A stretch of DNA of 64,000 bases from Hydrolagus colliei (taxonomy: Eukaryota): NCBI GenBank assembly GCA_035084275.1, contig CM068746.1, forward strand, positions 2,294,001 to 2,358,000. Reading direction: 5' to 3'. The translations under genes were made by a program, and so were the position numbers. The notes beneath the pieces are model-generated. The model searched no databases, was not told the DNA's origin, and saw only the letters and a list, made by a program, of their open reading frames with translations. Within the stretch, counting starts at the first letter, position 1. Every line of letters begins with the position of its first letter. Below, piece after piece: positions 24,421 to 37,600 of this stretch.

Positions 24421-27400
24421 CTTTACATTGAGTTTTGTGGTCATTTTGTTGCAAAGTGTCGTGACTCTGTATTTTGCGGCCTTTCGACTTAATCCATTGA
24501 CGGAACCTGAGAGCCTCAATAATTAGCTCTAATCGACAATCTAAGCATTGATTCAAAATAATGAACGATCATTTCCTTGTGGTGTGTAAGGACTATGGGT
24601 TACAGCCACTTAACATTGATATGTGTTCTGTGTTCATTTTGAATGAGTAAACTCAATTGTACCATTTTTCTACCAAATACATATCCGCGTGGATATCGTG
24701 TCTGCTTCCGTTAATATTCCAATCTCTTTGCTACAAAATACACAAAGTCACTACTACCCATCACAGTAAAATCTGCGAAGCTCTTGAGTTGCCATCCTGA
24801 CGTGACAACTGTTATCTCAAATGCAACAATTATTATTTCTACCGAAGTTTTTATTGCTTGATGTGCTGTGTCGAGCATTCTGGCAGCGTTTTCTGGAATT
24901 AACACGCATCGGTTTGAAAGGGAGTATCAACAGACTACAGTCATTCTTCAGATGCAATAACAAAAAATCACGTAACAAAAAATACATATATTTGCCGTGT
25001 AACCTTTTTTAAAAAAAAATGTTGTTGAGTCAGAAATATGAGACAACCTATAGGTAATCTGTTCATATTTCTGACTGAACAAAAAAATGTTTTGACCAAT
25101 GTGGTCATTTGTGTGGGCTGCTGTATTCAGCAATATTCCTATCCCAATGTTGGAGTGAAAACTTTCCCTTTCAGAAACAACAGCTTCGCAACAAATATGT
25201 TCAAAATGTTGTTGAGATAAGGTAGAGAGCAGCTGCTAGCTTCCACAGGGAACAATACTGTTCTAGAAAGGAAGCTCTGCTAAATTATTCAAATGTTATT
25301 TTTCTAGGCAGAATCTACAGGCGAATAGAGCGCTATTGTTCCAAAATATTTATTAGTTGATTGAATAAGTGAATTCATTTTTTAACATCGCGGATAATTG
25401 ACTGTGATTAGTGTTCAGAGGGACTGTTAGTGTTTGCAGTAACTACCATGACATTTATAAGCCATCATGGCTTATTAATGGAACCCAATTGCTTGTTGCA
25501 TTGCAGCCACTGAGCTTGTTTTCACAATAAACCCACCACAATCCTCCACGCTCATCACTTTCCTTATCAGGGTGTTCCATACCGTTCTATTCAAGATGCG
25601 TAACCTATTTTGTTTCCTTCCTGGCACTCTAATGATGTTGCATCTATCCGTGCTGAATGGCATTTCTTCCCGCTAAGTTTTTGATGGCTTTATCCAAGTG
25701 ATTTCTATCTACTGTATATTAAACCAATAAAAACACCAATGTCTGCCCGTGCGTCAGTCAAGATCTCAATAACTGATTGACTGATGTAGAGACACACCTT
25801 AACAGAAAGGTCTTGCATTTGGGAGTGTCACAGGCATATTGTTTTTCAGGGATCACTTATCGTTGATAAGTTATGACCTAAAGAAGCTCAGCACACATGT
25901 ACGGCATTTTTATGCTGTGGCATCATGCATCACAGAGCACATAGGTACGCATGCACACAGCACACACTACAGTTACACCTAGTTCATCGCGCCGTCTCCC
26001 AGGGCTGCTGTGACATTGTGTCACACAGCACATACGTATTCAAGCGTGCAGCATGCAGTATGTACTCCGATTAAGCCAAGCGATGGGAGCAAGATAAAGA
26101 TGCCTCGGCTCAAGTCTTTCAAATACAAATAAAAATGCCAGCACATGAAAGAAGACCCATTAAAATGAGACTGAAGAACAAGGAACAGCACGGCCCATTG
26201 CAATAACTCCGGGACCTGCCAGATCACACAGCAAACCCCTTTGGTTAGTGTAGCTTTGAGAAGGTCTTTCTATCATTCATCAGCTACGACACTTTGATAG
26301 TATTCAATATCTTCCATGAGCTAGCTATGACCCAATCAAGCTGATCACACATTTGTTTAAAGTGTTATGGCATATTACATGCTTTGTGAGTGGAATCACT
26401 GGAATCTGTATTCCATATTGGATCCTTCAGTCGCAAGCCTAGCTGTAACAGGTACAGCTATAAATTACGATGATCTGCAGAGCTACACCAGTCTTAATCT
26501 TTCTAGCTCAAAGATGTCTGTTTATGGCTGTCCAGTTTCCTACAAATGAACCGATTTCTATCCTCCAATCTATTTGCCCTGTTCTGTGATTCTTTACATC
26601 GATCATTAGTCTCTGGAGTGAAAATTCATGTCTTGAATATGTTAAGGTAAGTTAGTAGAAACAGAATTACGTCTCCCAGTTTCTCTTCTTTGGAATATAA
26701 CAAGGTTCATTTTAAAAAAAAGCCATTTGGGGCATCTACTAATCCCATCTTTATCATGTAAATAAAAATATAATGACATATATTAGTAGATCCTAACCAA
26801 ACCTCCTCACCTACTTCAAACAAAGGTTAAGACAGGTTGATATCTACGTGGGAGGCTAGAGCAACGTTTGACTGGGTTTAAGCAAGGACAGCTGGTACTG
26901 CAAATTGTAAGTCAACAATTAAGAGAAAAAAATACATTGCTCAAAAGAGGATCACATTAACAGTTCTTCCATCCTATGCTGGTAACACATAATCTTCATA
27001 GCTGCGCCATCTGTTGATTTTGGATTCAAAGAATTTGATCAATGAGTACATAATAGGTGCTTGACAGTGCTGGCCTTCAATTTTTGCAAATTCTACGGCT
27101 GCTTTTTGACAACTGTAAAATGCTCCGCCTCTCATGCAATTTAAATCCGCAGAATGTATTTGCACACTGCACTGGTAATTGGCAGTATCCCTCACAAACA
27201 GCTGGTGAAAACCCTTTGCACATTCCTTATAAAACTTTGATTTATTAACTCTGTGTGCAACTAAGACCCTGATGAATAGCTGATGAGTATTTTCATTACT
27301 CTACCGTGGATTAAAGTAACCCAGATTCTTCTTGCTCGTCTAATTCATCTGGCTATCTCCGTTAGATGTGGTTTAAACTTTCTTTGTTCGTATTCCCAGC

Positions 27401-27814
27401 TCCTGATTTTCAGCAGATTGCCCCATTACATTTCAACTCAAACCGCGGTTTCAGCATTAACCATTAACGAGGGTCTGGAGGAGATATAATTGTTAGCAGA
27501 ATGATCTCTGCCCTACTAATGCAGAGGCATCTCCTAACTCTTGACCGCACCATCAATTCTCCATTTGCTTTCCTTTATGTCGTGTGACGGGATTTCATCC
27601 GTTTACTCCAACTAGATTAACAATAAATGAAATAATAATCCTTACGTTTGATATCTCACCTTTCACAAATGGAGGGAGGGTGGCTCAAATAGCTCCGCGG
27701 GTTACTATACAGCAGTATAAAGTAGTAAGTCTCTTATCATATGAGCCTATTTGTACAGTATAACGTTTGGGGTATCATTGGCTACATCACTCAGAGAGAG
27801 ACTTCGCTTTGTGA

Positions 27815-28012
27815 ACAGTGACTTTGGGGGGATCTTAACGTCTCCACCTGAACAGGTACTGACGGGGACATCTCGTTTGAAGGAAGGCACCCCTCTCCAT
27901 CACTCTCTCTGTAGTGTCAGTGCAGATTGTGAAATCAAACTGCCTACGCGCACCTTGAACTGATAGCCTTCGACACAGAGGCATTAATGTCACCAGCTCA
28001 GCCACGCTGCCA
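27815..28012 (-). mobile_element. DeuSINE-like fragment
   Basis: GGGATCTTAACGTCTCCACCTGAACAGG...AGTGTCAG...CAGCTCAGCCA. Confidence 0.65.
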
Positions 28013-28072
28013 CTTAAAGATTTGCATCTTAGAAGGCCTGAAGTTCTACTTATTCAGACTGTTTTCTGATTT

Positions 28073-28200
28073 ATTATAATAATAATAATACATAATAATA
28101 ATCCTTGCATTTGATACAGCGGCTTTTTGCATCTTATCGACGTCTCAAAAGCGCTTCACAGAATAGACTTTAAACTGAATTGACTGTATATTTTTGTGTG
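28073..28200 (-). mobile_element. SINE 3' tail
   Basis: (ATA)n ATCCTTGCATTTGAT...CGACGTCTCAAAAGCGCTTCACAG. Confidence 0.9.
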
Positions 28201-28435
28201 AATTTACGAATTTTCCACAAACTGCGCTACCTTCGATTTTAAGGGAAAATGAACTGGGAGGCCAAGGTCTAGAAATTTCAAACAATCTGCTCTTAGTACA
28301 AACGTCACGAGCAGTTTTTTTTGTTGCTGAATTACTTATTACAGGAGACATTCGCTCTAACAAAGTAGTCTTTCTTTAAAACCTGACTGTGGCAGGAATA
28401 CAGCAAGTGAGATTGCAGCAGGTCCGTCCCAGTGT

Positions 28436-28510
28436 TACGACGACGACGACAGAATTATACTCGAAAAGCGCCTTTCACGTAAGGAGGACGTCCCCAAGGC
28501 GCTGGACAGT
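28436..28510 (-). mobile_element. Solo L2 3' stem-loop tail
   Basis: AGCGCCTTTCACGTAAGGAGGACGTCCCCAAGGCGCT. Confidence 0.85.
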
Positions 28511-29880
28511 CACGATTTCAGACATCACAGCTTCACACATCCATGCTGTCGAACTCTCTTCCAGGCATTACCGTGGCCTCATATCCTGTCCTTTTGTTTG
28601 GAGAGATTCAAATACAGGGTTAACCGAGCCAGCATGTTGGCTGGGTGTATTAGACTGTAGGAAATCTTTCATCTGTACTTTGGCACCCCATCTCCATCAC
28701 GATGGGCTCCCAGCCAACCACCAGGGTCACGTTCGCGAGCCATCGATCTTCATTACAGTGTCCCGTTGCCTGCAGCAACACCTGCGAATTAACATATACA
28801 CGGTCGTGATTGATTTTGAAGTTTTGAACCGCGAGAACGAGCCTCAATAAACTGCGCTGCCCGACTTGCCACCGCACTTTGAGCTCTTGTGCTGTGATTC
28901 AGATCCTGTCCAACGTAGGCGTTCACCTCATTCTCCTCCATGCGGCTGTCCTACTACCCAGTGCTTTATGCTTACTGAACTGTGTCAACCTTACTTTGAT
29001 ATGTGTGCCTCAGAAGCAAAACCCAAGGGAGTTACCTACTCAACAACATCAGTATTAAAAGCTGTAAATGTGCCAGGGGAACGAACGGAGGAGGGCAAAC
29101 GCACTGTTTATTGCTATTCTAAGTCATTGCACACAAAGGAAGACCCGGTTTTGAGGCATTCTGTGCGAAACGCGATGTATTTGAACGTGGGTTAAGCTGC
29201 AGCGGGACAATGTACTGGAGTAATGTTTGAGTTTGGTTTCAGAAGAATCGTGGAAAAAAACCCAAGTCCAGGCACACAAGAATGAAAAGCCAGTAATAAT
29301 AATAATAATATCAGTGCCGGATTCTATTACTAATTTCAAGCGAGCGCTGAATTAAATCTGAAAGATGTACAATGACAATTGAAGGAAGGAGTATTTAATG
29401 AATGTTTAAAAGGACTTCTGCATAAAAGTTAAGGAGCTGGAAATACATGGAACAATGATAGGAATGTTTTAGCAGAGCCATACTGACCTGAGGTATACCT
29501 GAAGGGTATTCAGAACTTAATCTGCTGGTAATGGTTGCACTGATTTTTAACGTACAAAAATCTATCCATATATTTTGCCCACATTTTCTATTCTGCAGAT
29601 TTGTTTTGTGATTCAAATCTCTATCCTATCCTAACAAGAACAACAACTTGCATTTAGATAGCACTCTTCACGGCGCTTAAGAGTGTCATCCAGACTTGAT
29701 CGGAAAGGTAGGGAGGTGTCAGGGCTTCGAAAGGATTTGCAGACTAGTGTGAAGATCGTGAAATCTGGAGGAGTTGCAAGTTGCAAACACATTACTGTAC
29801 TTGGGAGAGGCTAGAAAGGTGGCAGGCATCTCTTTTTAAATAATTCTAAGAACTCTTTCATGTGATATAGCGCCATAACG

Positions 29881-30530
29881 CTATATGGCTCAGTGGTTAG
29901 AGCACTTGCCTTGCGAGCTGGGGAGACCAAGCTGGGGAGACCAGTGTTAAAAGTATAATAGAATTTCCAAGAAACTCCTTGCCAGGTCTGATGGAACCAA
30001 GTAGATCTGTTTAAAGCTCATTTTTCTAGATGTTTGTATCTCAGCCAATTGAGACTTTGTCCATCTTATCGTTTGTCAAACACCAATGATAATAAATGTT
30101 GGTGCACATTGTTTGAAAATGCTCTCGGCAGTCTTGACTCAGTTGGTAGCACTCTCGCCTCTGAGTTAAAAGGTTGTGTGGGTTCATACCCCATGTTAGG
30201 ACTTTGAACTCATACAGCTCAGTGGTTAGAGCACTCGCCTTACAAGTGTGAGACCTGTGTTCGAATCCAGGTAGGTCAGGGAGAAACCTCAGGCAAGTTT
30301 CCTTACTCCACGCGCCTAATAATTATCCCTCCAAAAAAAAACCACAATAATAAAATTGGTCATTTCAATCCATGACTGTTTGTGGGGACACTGCTCTGCG
30401 CAATTGGCTGCCGTGTTTCGCCCACAAATGTACAGTCAATTCACTTTACAGTATATTCTGTGAAGCGCTTTGGGACGTCAATAAGATGTGAAAAGCGCTG
30501 TATCAAATGCCAGGATTAGGCTTATTATAA
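29881..30530 (+). mobile_element. tRNA-SINE with internal inverted duplication (29949-30287)
   Basis: Head at 29881-29948; second head plus body at 30215-30530; insert is the reverse complement of 23865-24203. Confidence 0.9.
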
Positions 30531-32264
30531 CATTGGGAATGACAAAAAGTGTTTCAAAAAACTTCTGGAGCAGCAGCCAATTTGCATGCACGAATAGCCG
30601 TGAACTGATTTATCCATTTAATTGGTAGGAATGTACGGCTGGAAACTGGGAGGAATATAACTGCATTATTTGATACACATTTTGAAATGTGTTTGTTGGG
30701 GTGCTGGAATGCTTTGTGAACATCAGGAATCAATCAAAATGATACTGAAAATTATTTTTGTTTGTTAAAATACAGTGGCGTGTGTTCACCTAGGCTCTGA
30801 TACCCCGTTGGATAAAGATACAACTTTAAAAGCTGAAAGTATTTTAAAGGTCATAAATACAATTGAATATTGGGAAAATTGGGGATTTTGTCCAAAGGAT
30901 CTGCAAAGGAAGAATCAGGTCAATACTGCAGTACTTCTTTGTGCTATATAACTAATAGGTCAACTCCGCAGTAATTCAGTCTCAATAATATCATCAACAC
31001 TCAATTCTACTTATTAAAATAACACCGTTAAAGTTTATTGTGCTGGATTGTGCGTAAATGGAATTTTATAGAAGGGACTTTAAACGGTTTCGTTAAATAT
31101 GCTGTAAAATTTTATGAAATAAACTTACACAAGGTACTGCACACACATTAAATTTAGGTGTTATTCAGTCACGTGAATAATAATACTCAGTAAGATTTTG
31201 CTTGGCTGAAGTATCAGAAACCTTAAGTTCAAAAGGTTGAGTTTAATTTTGAGGAATTTTGTCCATAGTCACAGGCATTATAAAGCATTTAGTCTCATTT
31301 AGTACATGTTTAATATTGAAGAATGCCTATGCCTTAGCGATGCATTTGCTGTTATACATTTCTAGTTTAATTTGCTATTCATCTAACCTAGTTCTGCCGG
31401 TTCTTTTTCTCCTTTAAATCAAGTACCTGAATTTCTAGTGACCTCCAAACTGAAATTACGTGAAAAAATAATGCATTGTACAAACCTTACAGAACATTAT
31501 TCTAATGATTGATTAAAATTAAAAGCTGTAAGATAAAAGTTTATCCAAAATAGCTGTAGCATTGATTTTGATGCCATTCACTACAGGTATTTGTTTGTGA
31601 ATGTTTTTGAGACGTTTGAGACAGGGATGACATGAAATGCAAAGATTATTATTGATAATTCTAAGGTTTGCAATCTGCATTTTGCTCTTCGCTAAATGCC
31701 TCTCAAAGAGGTCGCTTTCTTTTGGCAAAAGTGAATAGATTTTGTTCAGCTTCAGTGTATTCCAAGCTGCAAAAAAAAAGTATGAAACTATCTTGATCCA
31801 CATATAAAGTGAAGACTTTAATGTAATTCTCTTGCAGACTTTCTATTCAGAGAATTTTCCCTCAGGTGCAGACATTCTGGGACAAAAACCTTAACTCTTT
31901 TTCCTGTGTCTTTCACAGTGCAATGTCCCCTGTCACCTGCTTCATCAACAAGAACACCAGGGATATATATTTTTCCTTGACTTTGCACAGTTCTTTGTCT
32001 TGTCTTCATTAATCTTGGCACAGAACAATTGCTTCTGAGAATTTCCAGCCGCCCAACCTCTCTCACCGAAACCAGATATGCAAGAACGCTGGAGTGTCAG
32101 GAAGAGTCACTTTACATCTGGCAATTATCGAAGTTGAGTTGCAAACACGAGCGCAGGTAGCATTTTCACTCAACATTGCAAACTCTCGTTTCATTTCAAT
32201 TTCATAAGGAATTGAAATTCCTTCAAAAGTACAGCTCGATAATACTAATACATTGTGTTGGCTA

Positions 32265-32420
32265 CTTCAACTCACATCTGTTTGTGGGTCACTGCGCAAT
32301 TGGCTGCCGCGTTTCACCCACAAATTATACAATCAATTTACTTGATAGTACAGTTTATGAAGCGCTTTGAGACGTCTCGGAGATGTTATAAAGCGCTGTA
32401 TTAAAATGCAAGGATTTTTA
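32265..32420 (+). mobile_element. SINE 3' half
   Basis: GCGCAATTGGCTGCCGCG...AAGCGCTTTGAGACGTC...AAATGCAAGGATT. Confidence 0.88.
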
Positions 32421-32560
32421 AAAATACCTTACAACAGAAACGGAGAGAATGCAAAATGCTAAACTTCTGTCTAACATTTATATCACAAGCTGTGCTCTCG
32501 TTGGAGAAATAAAAATGTGTAAACTACTATTTCATGTAATTTCAATAGATTATTCAGTTG

Positions 32561-32865
32561 AATAATAATATAATAATGATAGTCCTTGCATTTGATCTAC
32601 AATAGTGCTTTTCACATCTTCTACAAATCTCAAAGCGCTTCACAGGATATACTGTAATGTGAATTGACTGTATATATATGTGGGCAAAACGTGGTAGTCA
32701 ATTGCGCACAGCAGCGTCCCCCACAAACGGTCGTGGGTTGAAATGGCCAATTTATAATTTTTTGGGGGGGGTTTATTATCAGGGTGGAAGTAAGGAAAGT
32801 TGCCCAAGGTTTCACCCTGCCTGGAATCGAACCCAGCTTCTCTTGCCTGTAAGGCAAGTGCTCTC
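32561..32865 (-). mobile_element. Near full-length tRNA-SINE
   Basis: B box, consensus body, (TTA)n tail. Confidence 0.93.
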
Positions 32866-33224
32866 TCATCACAGAAATCAATCAATCATACATAGCAAGC
32901 CACCCCTGCATCTCACCTTAACCCTTATTACAGTACCAGCCTCTGAGCATTCGTTTCCCACTCGAACTATCTCAGTCTTACAAATACGTGCGATTCCTTA
33001 AATACTCGCTTCAGCAAGCTCACAATAAAGACTGCAATGGAAAGGAATACAAATTGCATTGATATGTAAAACACATGTTTTAAAAGAAAACACGCAAACT
33101 CTTTACCTGGCGAAAGCTCCTGTTCCACACAATTTCACGTTCCTACTTGAAAAGCCAAATGCACCGATTTCCTCCCACCTTTTTTTTTTAACTCCACGTA
33201 CGTTTCCTCCTTCAACATATTTTT

Positions 33225-33579
33225 GGAGCTCCTGTGGCTCAGTGGTTAGAGCACTTGTCTTGCAAGCTGGGGAGACCAAGCTGGGGAGACCTGTGTTTGA
33301 ATCCAGGCAGGTCAGGGCCAAACCTTGGGCAAGTTTCCTTACTCCACACACACACACACACGCCTAATAATAATCCCTCCAAAAAAACACAATAATAAAA
33401 TTGGTCATTTCAATCCATGACTGTTTGTGGGACACTGCTGTGCGCCATTGGCTGCCGCGATTCGCCCACAAATATGTACAGTCAATTCACTTTACAGTAT
33501 ATTCTGTGAAGCGCTTTGGGACATTGATAAGATGTGGAAAGCGCTATATCAAATGCAAGGATTATTATTATTATTATTA
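33225..33579 (+). mobile_element. Full-length tRNA-SINE (14-bp-duplication subfamily)
   Basis: TGGCTCAGTGGTTAGAGC; (AAGCTGGGGAGACC)2; GTTTGAATCC; (TAT)n. Confidence 0.95.
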
Positions 33580-34364
33580 CTGGTAAACACGGAAAGATGA
33601 CCGCAGAGTAAGAAAAAGGTCTGCTAACGTTTACTGCCAGAGGAGCCCAACGATATGGCACTAGCTTTCTTACGGTGTTGACCCTAACATGTATTGCCTG
33701 ATTTCCATGTCATAAGGGTATTTTGCTAATGCAAAGTGACATCGGTGGTGTCTTTTTGCTGTGCGTAACAGGCAGGGCCGGGCACTGAGAGTGACAATCT
33801 TTTGCTGCTTCCAACACAGCAGTTGACACTTTGGATCAAGGCGACTACATTAAAGTGGAGTTGCCTTGCATTAAAGTTTGTGGCCTATGGGTCGATTTTG
33901 CAACTCTTTACGTTGACGTGGGTGGCATCGTCCAGATTCTTTCCCAATACTCGTGCTCCAGCAAATCTGGCACCGCCCCCACCACCCCCTTAATCGTAAC
34001 ACTTCTCCCTCTTGTCAAATCCCTCACTCTGAGCCCTCCCCTGCTCCCCTTTTCAAAACCGAACTCGCGTTAACATCTTGAAGAGTAGCTCGTAGCTTGT
34101 TAACCCACGTTAATTAATCTCTGCGGATTTAACAAGAGTTTATTCCCTGACACTTTTGACTGATTGTACATAGCTGATTATCAGAATGCCACCTAATTTT
34201 CAATATAACAGCTGCTCTATCAATATTAAATGAACTGTGGGAGGCGTTGGTTGGTGAAGAGTTGCACCCAAGCTGAGGCTTGAAATCAAGAGGGTTGGAG
34301 AGCAATGGGGTGGGAGGGTGACCGGTACAGTTGGAGAGGAGAGTCTTGAGACAGCCACGATGAT

Positions 34365-34750
34365 GGTGGAGAGTGTATTGTAGTGTCCGAAGGTGCTTAA
34401 ACCTTGATCCTCTTCCGGTGAAGCTGGGTGAGGATAGAGGTGATTGACTCGCGGGCCTTTGGGCGGGAGAGGACATGACATGAGCTATGGAGATCTGGAT
34501 TATATGCAGTGTGTGGATTGAAGAGTTGGAATGTCCAGTGAGCTGGAGTGTTACATAGTCAAACCTAGACACACTTGAAGGCATGGATGGGGATTTCAGC
34601 AGCCTGAGGGGGAGATAATGTGAGAGACGGGCAACATTACGGAGACGTTGAAGGCAGAACCGATCGTGGCACAAATGTTGGGTTTAGAGGACAGTTGAGG
34701 GTTGACCAAGACACAAAGGTTCCACATTGGCTCAAGGGGATGGAAGGTGC
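34365..34750 (-). mobile_element. Decayed L2 ORF2 fragment
   Basis: Translated pieces LRNVARL, SRFDY, SSIHTLHIIQ, compared with LRNIARL, SRLDY, SSIHRLQVIQ in the intact copy. Confidence 0.8.
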
Positions 34751-34759
34751 ATCCATGAA

Positions 34760-35003
34760 TAGAATAGACTGTAAAATGTAGTGACTGTATATTTGTGGGC
34801 GAAACGCGGCAGCCAATTGCACAGAGCAGCGTCCCCACAAACAGTCGTGGATTGAAATTACCAATTTATTACTGTGTTTTTGAGGGATTGTTATTAGGCG
34901 TGTGGAGTAAGGAAACTTGGCTCAATGTTTCGCCCTGACCTGCCTGGAATTGAACACAAGTCTCACGCTTGTAAGGCGAGTGCTCTAACCACTGAGCTAG
35001 TGG
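34760..35003 (-). mobile_element. tRNA-SINE lacking its terminal tail
   Basis: A box and consensus body. Confidence 0.92.
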
Positions 35004-35971
35004 ACTTATTAGAGCAGCTTGTTTATTCTCTCTCATTCATGCTTTAATTATGTCCAGGCTCGACTCTGCCAACTGGAGAAAATTGTCTTTCATGTTCAGA
35101 TTATGATTGCCTTTCTTAATATACCACATCTACCCTTACAAATACACCTTATCACTATTACACATGTGCTAAAATCCTCTACAACTCCTCCAAAGTCCCA
35201 ACTAAAATTGACCATTCACAGTTTGTAGGACACTGCTGAGTGCACATTTTTGGCCGTATTTTGCCTCGAAAATACACAATCATTACAGTATATCCAGTGA
35301 AGCACTTTGAAACATCCTCCTGAAGTGAAAAGCACTATACCAAAAGTAAGGATTATTATTTTTAATACAGTGGAGAAGTAGGTGATTATATTGGTGCTGA
35401 AGCCGGTTTCCTCAGTGGAACTATTTTCTCGAACCCCATATCCCATACCCCATACTTTATGTGAATTGTTTAGTTGCAAAATAAGGCCTATAAGGTTTTG
35501 ATCTAATGAATGATAGATGAATATGAGCAGAAGGTTCGCTCTGAAGAGTATAGGACCAAAACATGATAGAATATAAGTTTTGTTTGCTTTGCAAAAGGTT
35601 AATCGGTGTTTTATTTGACTGGCCATTTATTGGAAATAAACAAGACAGCCACACTTGCTAACTTTATTCACCAAGAGTAGAATAGTAGCAGGTGAAATCA
35701 GAGCCAAATTGGAAAAGTTAAACGAAATCAATAAGAACAAAGATCAAAATATCAGGATTACCGACATTAGGATAACAGTTATAGTTCAATAAACAACGTA
35801 ACAGATGGAACATCGGCAAAACTGTTAAGTTGATTGTCGGGCAAAGAAACAAAACAATTTAGTTTAGTCTCACTCATAGGTCACAGTCCTGGTGACGATC
35901 CATAATGCAGGAGACGAGACTGATAAAGCGCCAACATTCCTCTTCCTGGCAGAAAATCCCCCCCAAAAAAG

Positions 35972-36075
35972 GATCGGAAGAATGGTGCGGATGCTAGGGA
36001 TTCTGAAACAACAAACAAAAATGTCACTCAGCACCCACAAGATGGGTGAGGTTTCGAATGTAGCCCTTCATCGGA
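35972..36075 (-). mobile_element. Penelope-type terminal-repeat remnant
   Basis: Minus strand TTCCGATGAAGGGCTACATTCGAAAC...GTGCTGAGT...TTTCAGAATCCCTAGCATCCGCA; related to the 16290 arm. Confidence 0.55.
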
Positions 36076-37600
36076 ATCGCCCTCAGTTCCATGATCGAAA
36101 TCAGTAGCATCTCATCTCTGACATGACGGGAAAAAAAATGGATCCAAAAAAGATGGATTTCCACTCGTCTTCAGGACTGAAACACCGTTTCACGTATTGA
36201 GAACATAAACAACGCAATCTTGTTTGCATTGCAATTAATATTCCACAAATATTCCACTCTGATGTGCTGAGACGGGACATTCGAATATGTGACCAAAGTA
36301 AATGCTGAGGAAAATAATACTGACATGATTCTTTTGGGGCCAATCTCCAAACTTAGTAGAGTGAAGCCTCCAAATCTAACCAGACAATGAAAGTTTTGCA
36401 TTCCTTAATGAATCCAGCAGGATTACTCTCAAACCACTTAAAAGAGTGAATTATTTTGCAAATCCATTAAATTTAATTCAGTCCCTCTGCTCTGATAATG
36501 AAGTGTGAATGTCACAATGTTTATTGTGTGTTGATAAATGCAAATCTTCTGCATCAGAGCAGTATCTACTTCAAAATAACCGTATTAAGCTGTGTTTCAC
36601 AGAACAATCGAAGGGTGGGATAATAGGGAAAATAATAAAAGTGCTACTTTACAAATAAATAGCCGACTCTGGTAAAATATTGAATTTGTTCCTACCAGAG
36701 CAAAGCAGAGAAAATATAATCTGTGCTCAAACATCTTGCTAACGCCTTTGATGACTTTCTCTATGTCCAATACAGCCGAGGACAGGGGAGACCATTTAAG
36801 ATTAATTTGAAATTTCAAAGTAAATTATGTAAAAAGTACATTATTATCAGTTAAGATGATTTATTGAATGAGTACCACTTTGATTTTTTTTGGAAAGGCA
36901 ATCTTCCCACTGCAAATCTATAAACTTCAGATTGCACGCAAATCTAATGACAATAAATTCTTGCATTTTATGTAGTCTGTTCACGTCAGGAGGACGTCTC
37001 AAAGTGCGTCGCAGGATGTACGGCAGAGTGGAGTGCGTGGTCATTATTACAAAGTAATTCAAAATAATTATACATTCGCACCTGACCTTTTGTAGGTGAA
37101 TGTAAAGGTAAAACGTTAGGGAAAAAGTACTTCAATCAAACTTGGAAAATTTAAGCGGAAGGAACATACATACACAATGCCAGAAAGAAAAACTATCACT
37201 CACATTTAATGGTCACGGGATTCTGAAAACAATAACAGAGCAATAGGACCGAAGGAAAACAGAAAGCAACCTTAATGGATTTTGGATTTCACTTTGCCAC
37301 TGATGCCTTTGGTGAAGGTTGATTGAAAACATCACGCTTGCTTCTGGAAAGAGAGCGAAACCGATCAGGTTCTGAAGCATTAATCTGGTTACAAATGTGA
37401 ACAGTTTGAAGTACATAAGCGGCAAGAGTGTGAAATTGGGAAACTTTTTTTCCAAAAGTGTGATGACAATGAAGGTATTCTCTATGCTTAATCCACACAG
37501 GGATGAAATATAATGTTAAACTGGCATTGAATACTGGGCTCTGCGATCAACAACAATGTGATCGCTCCGTGATCACTAAAAACACAGATAGCAACAGTCG

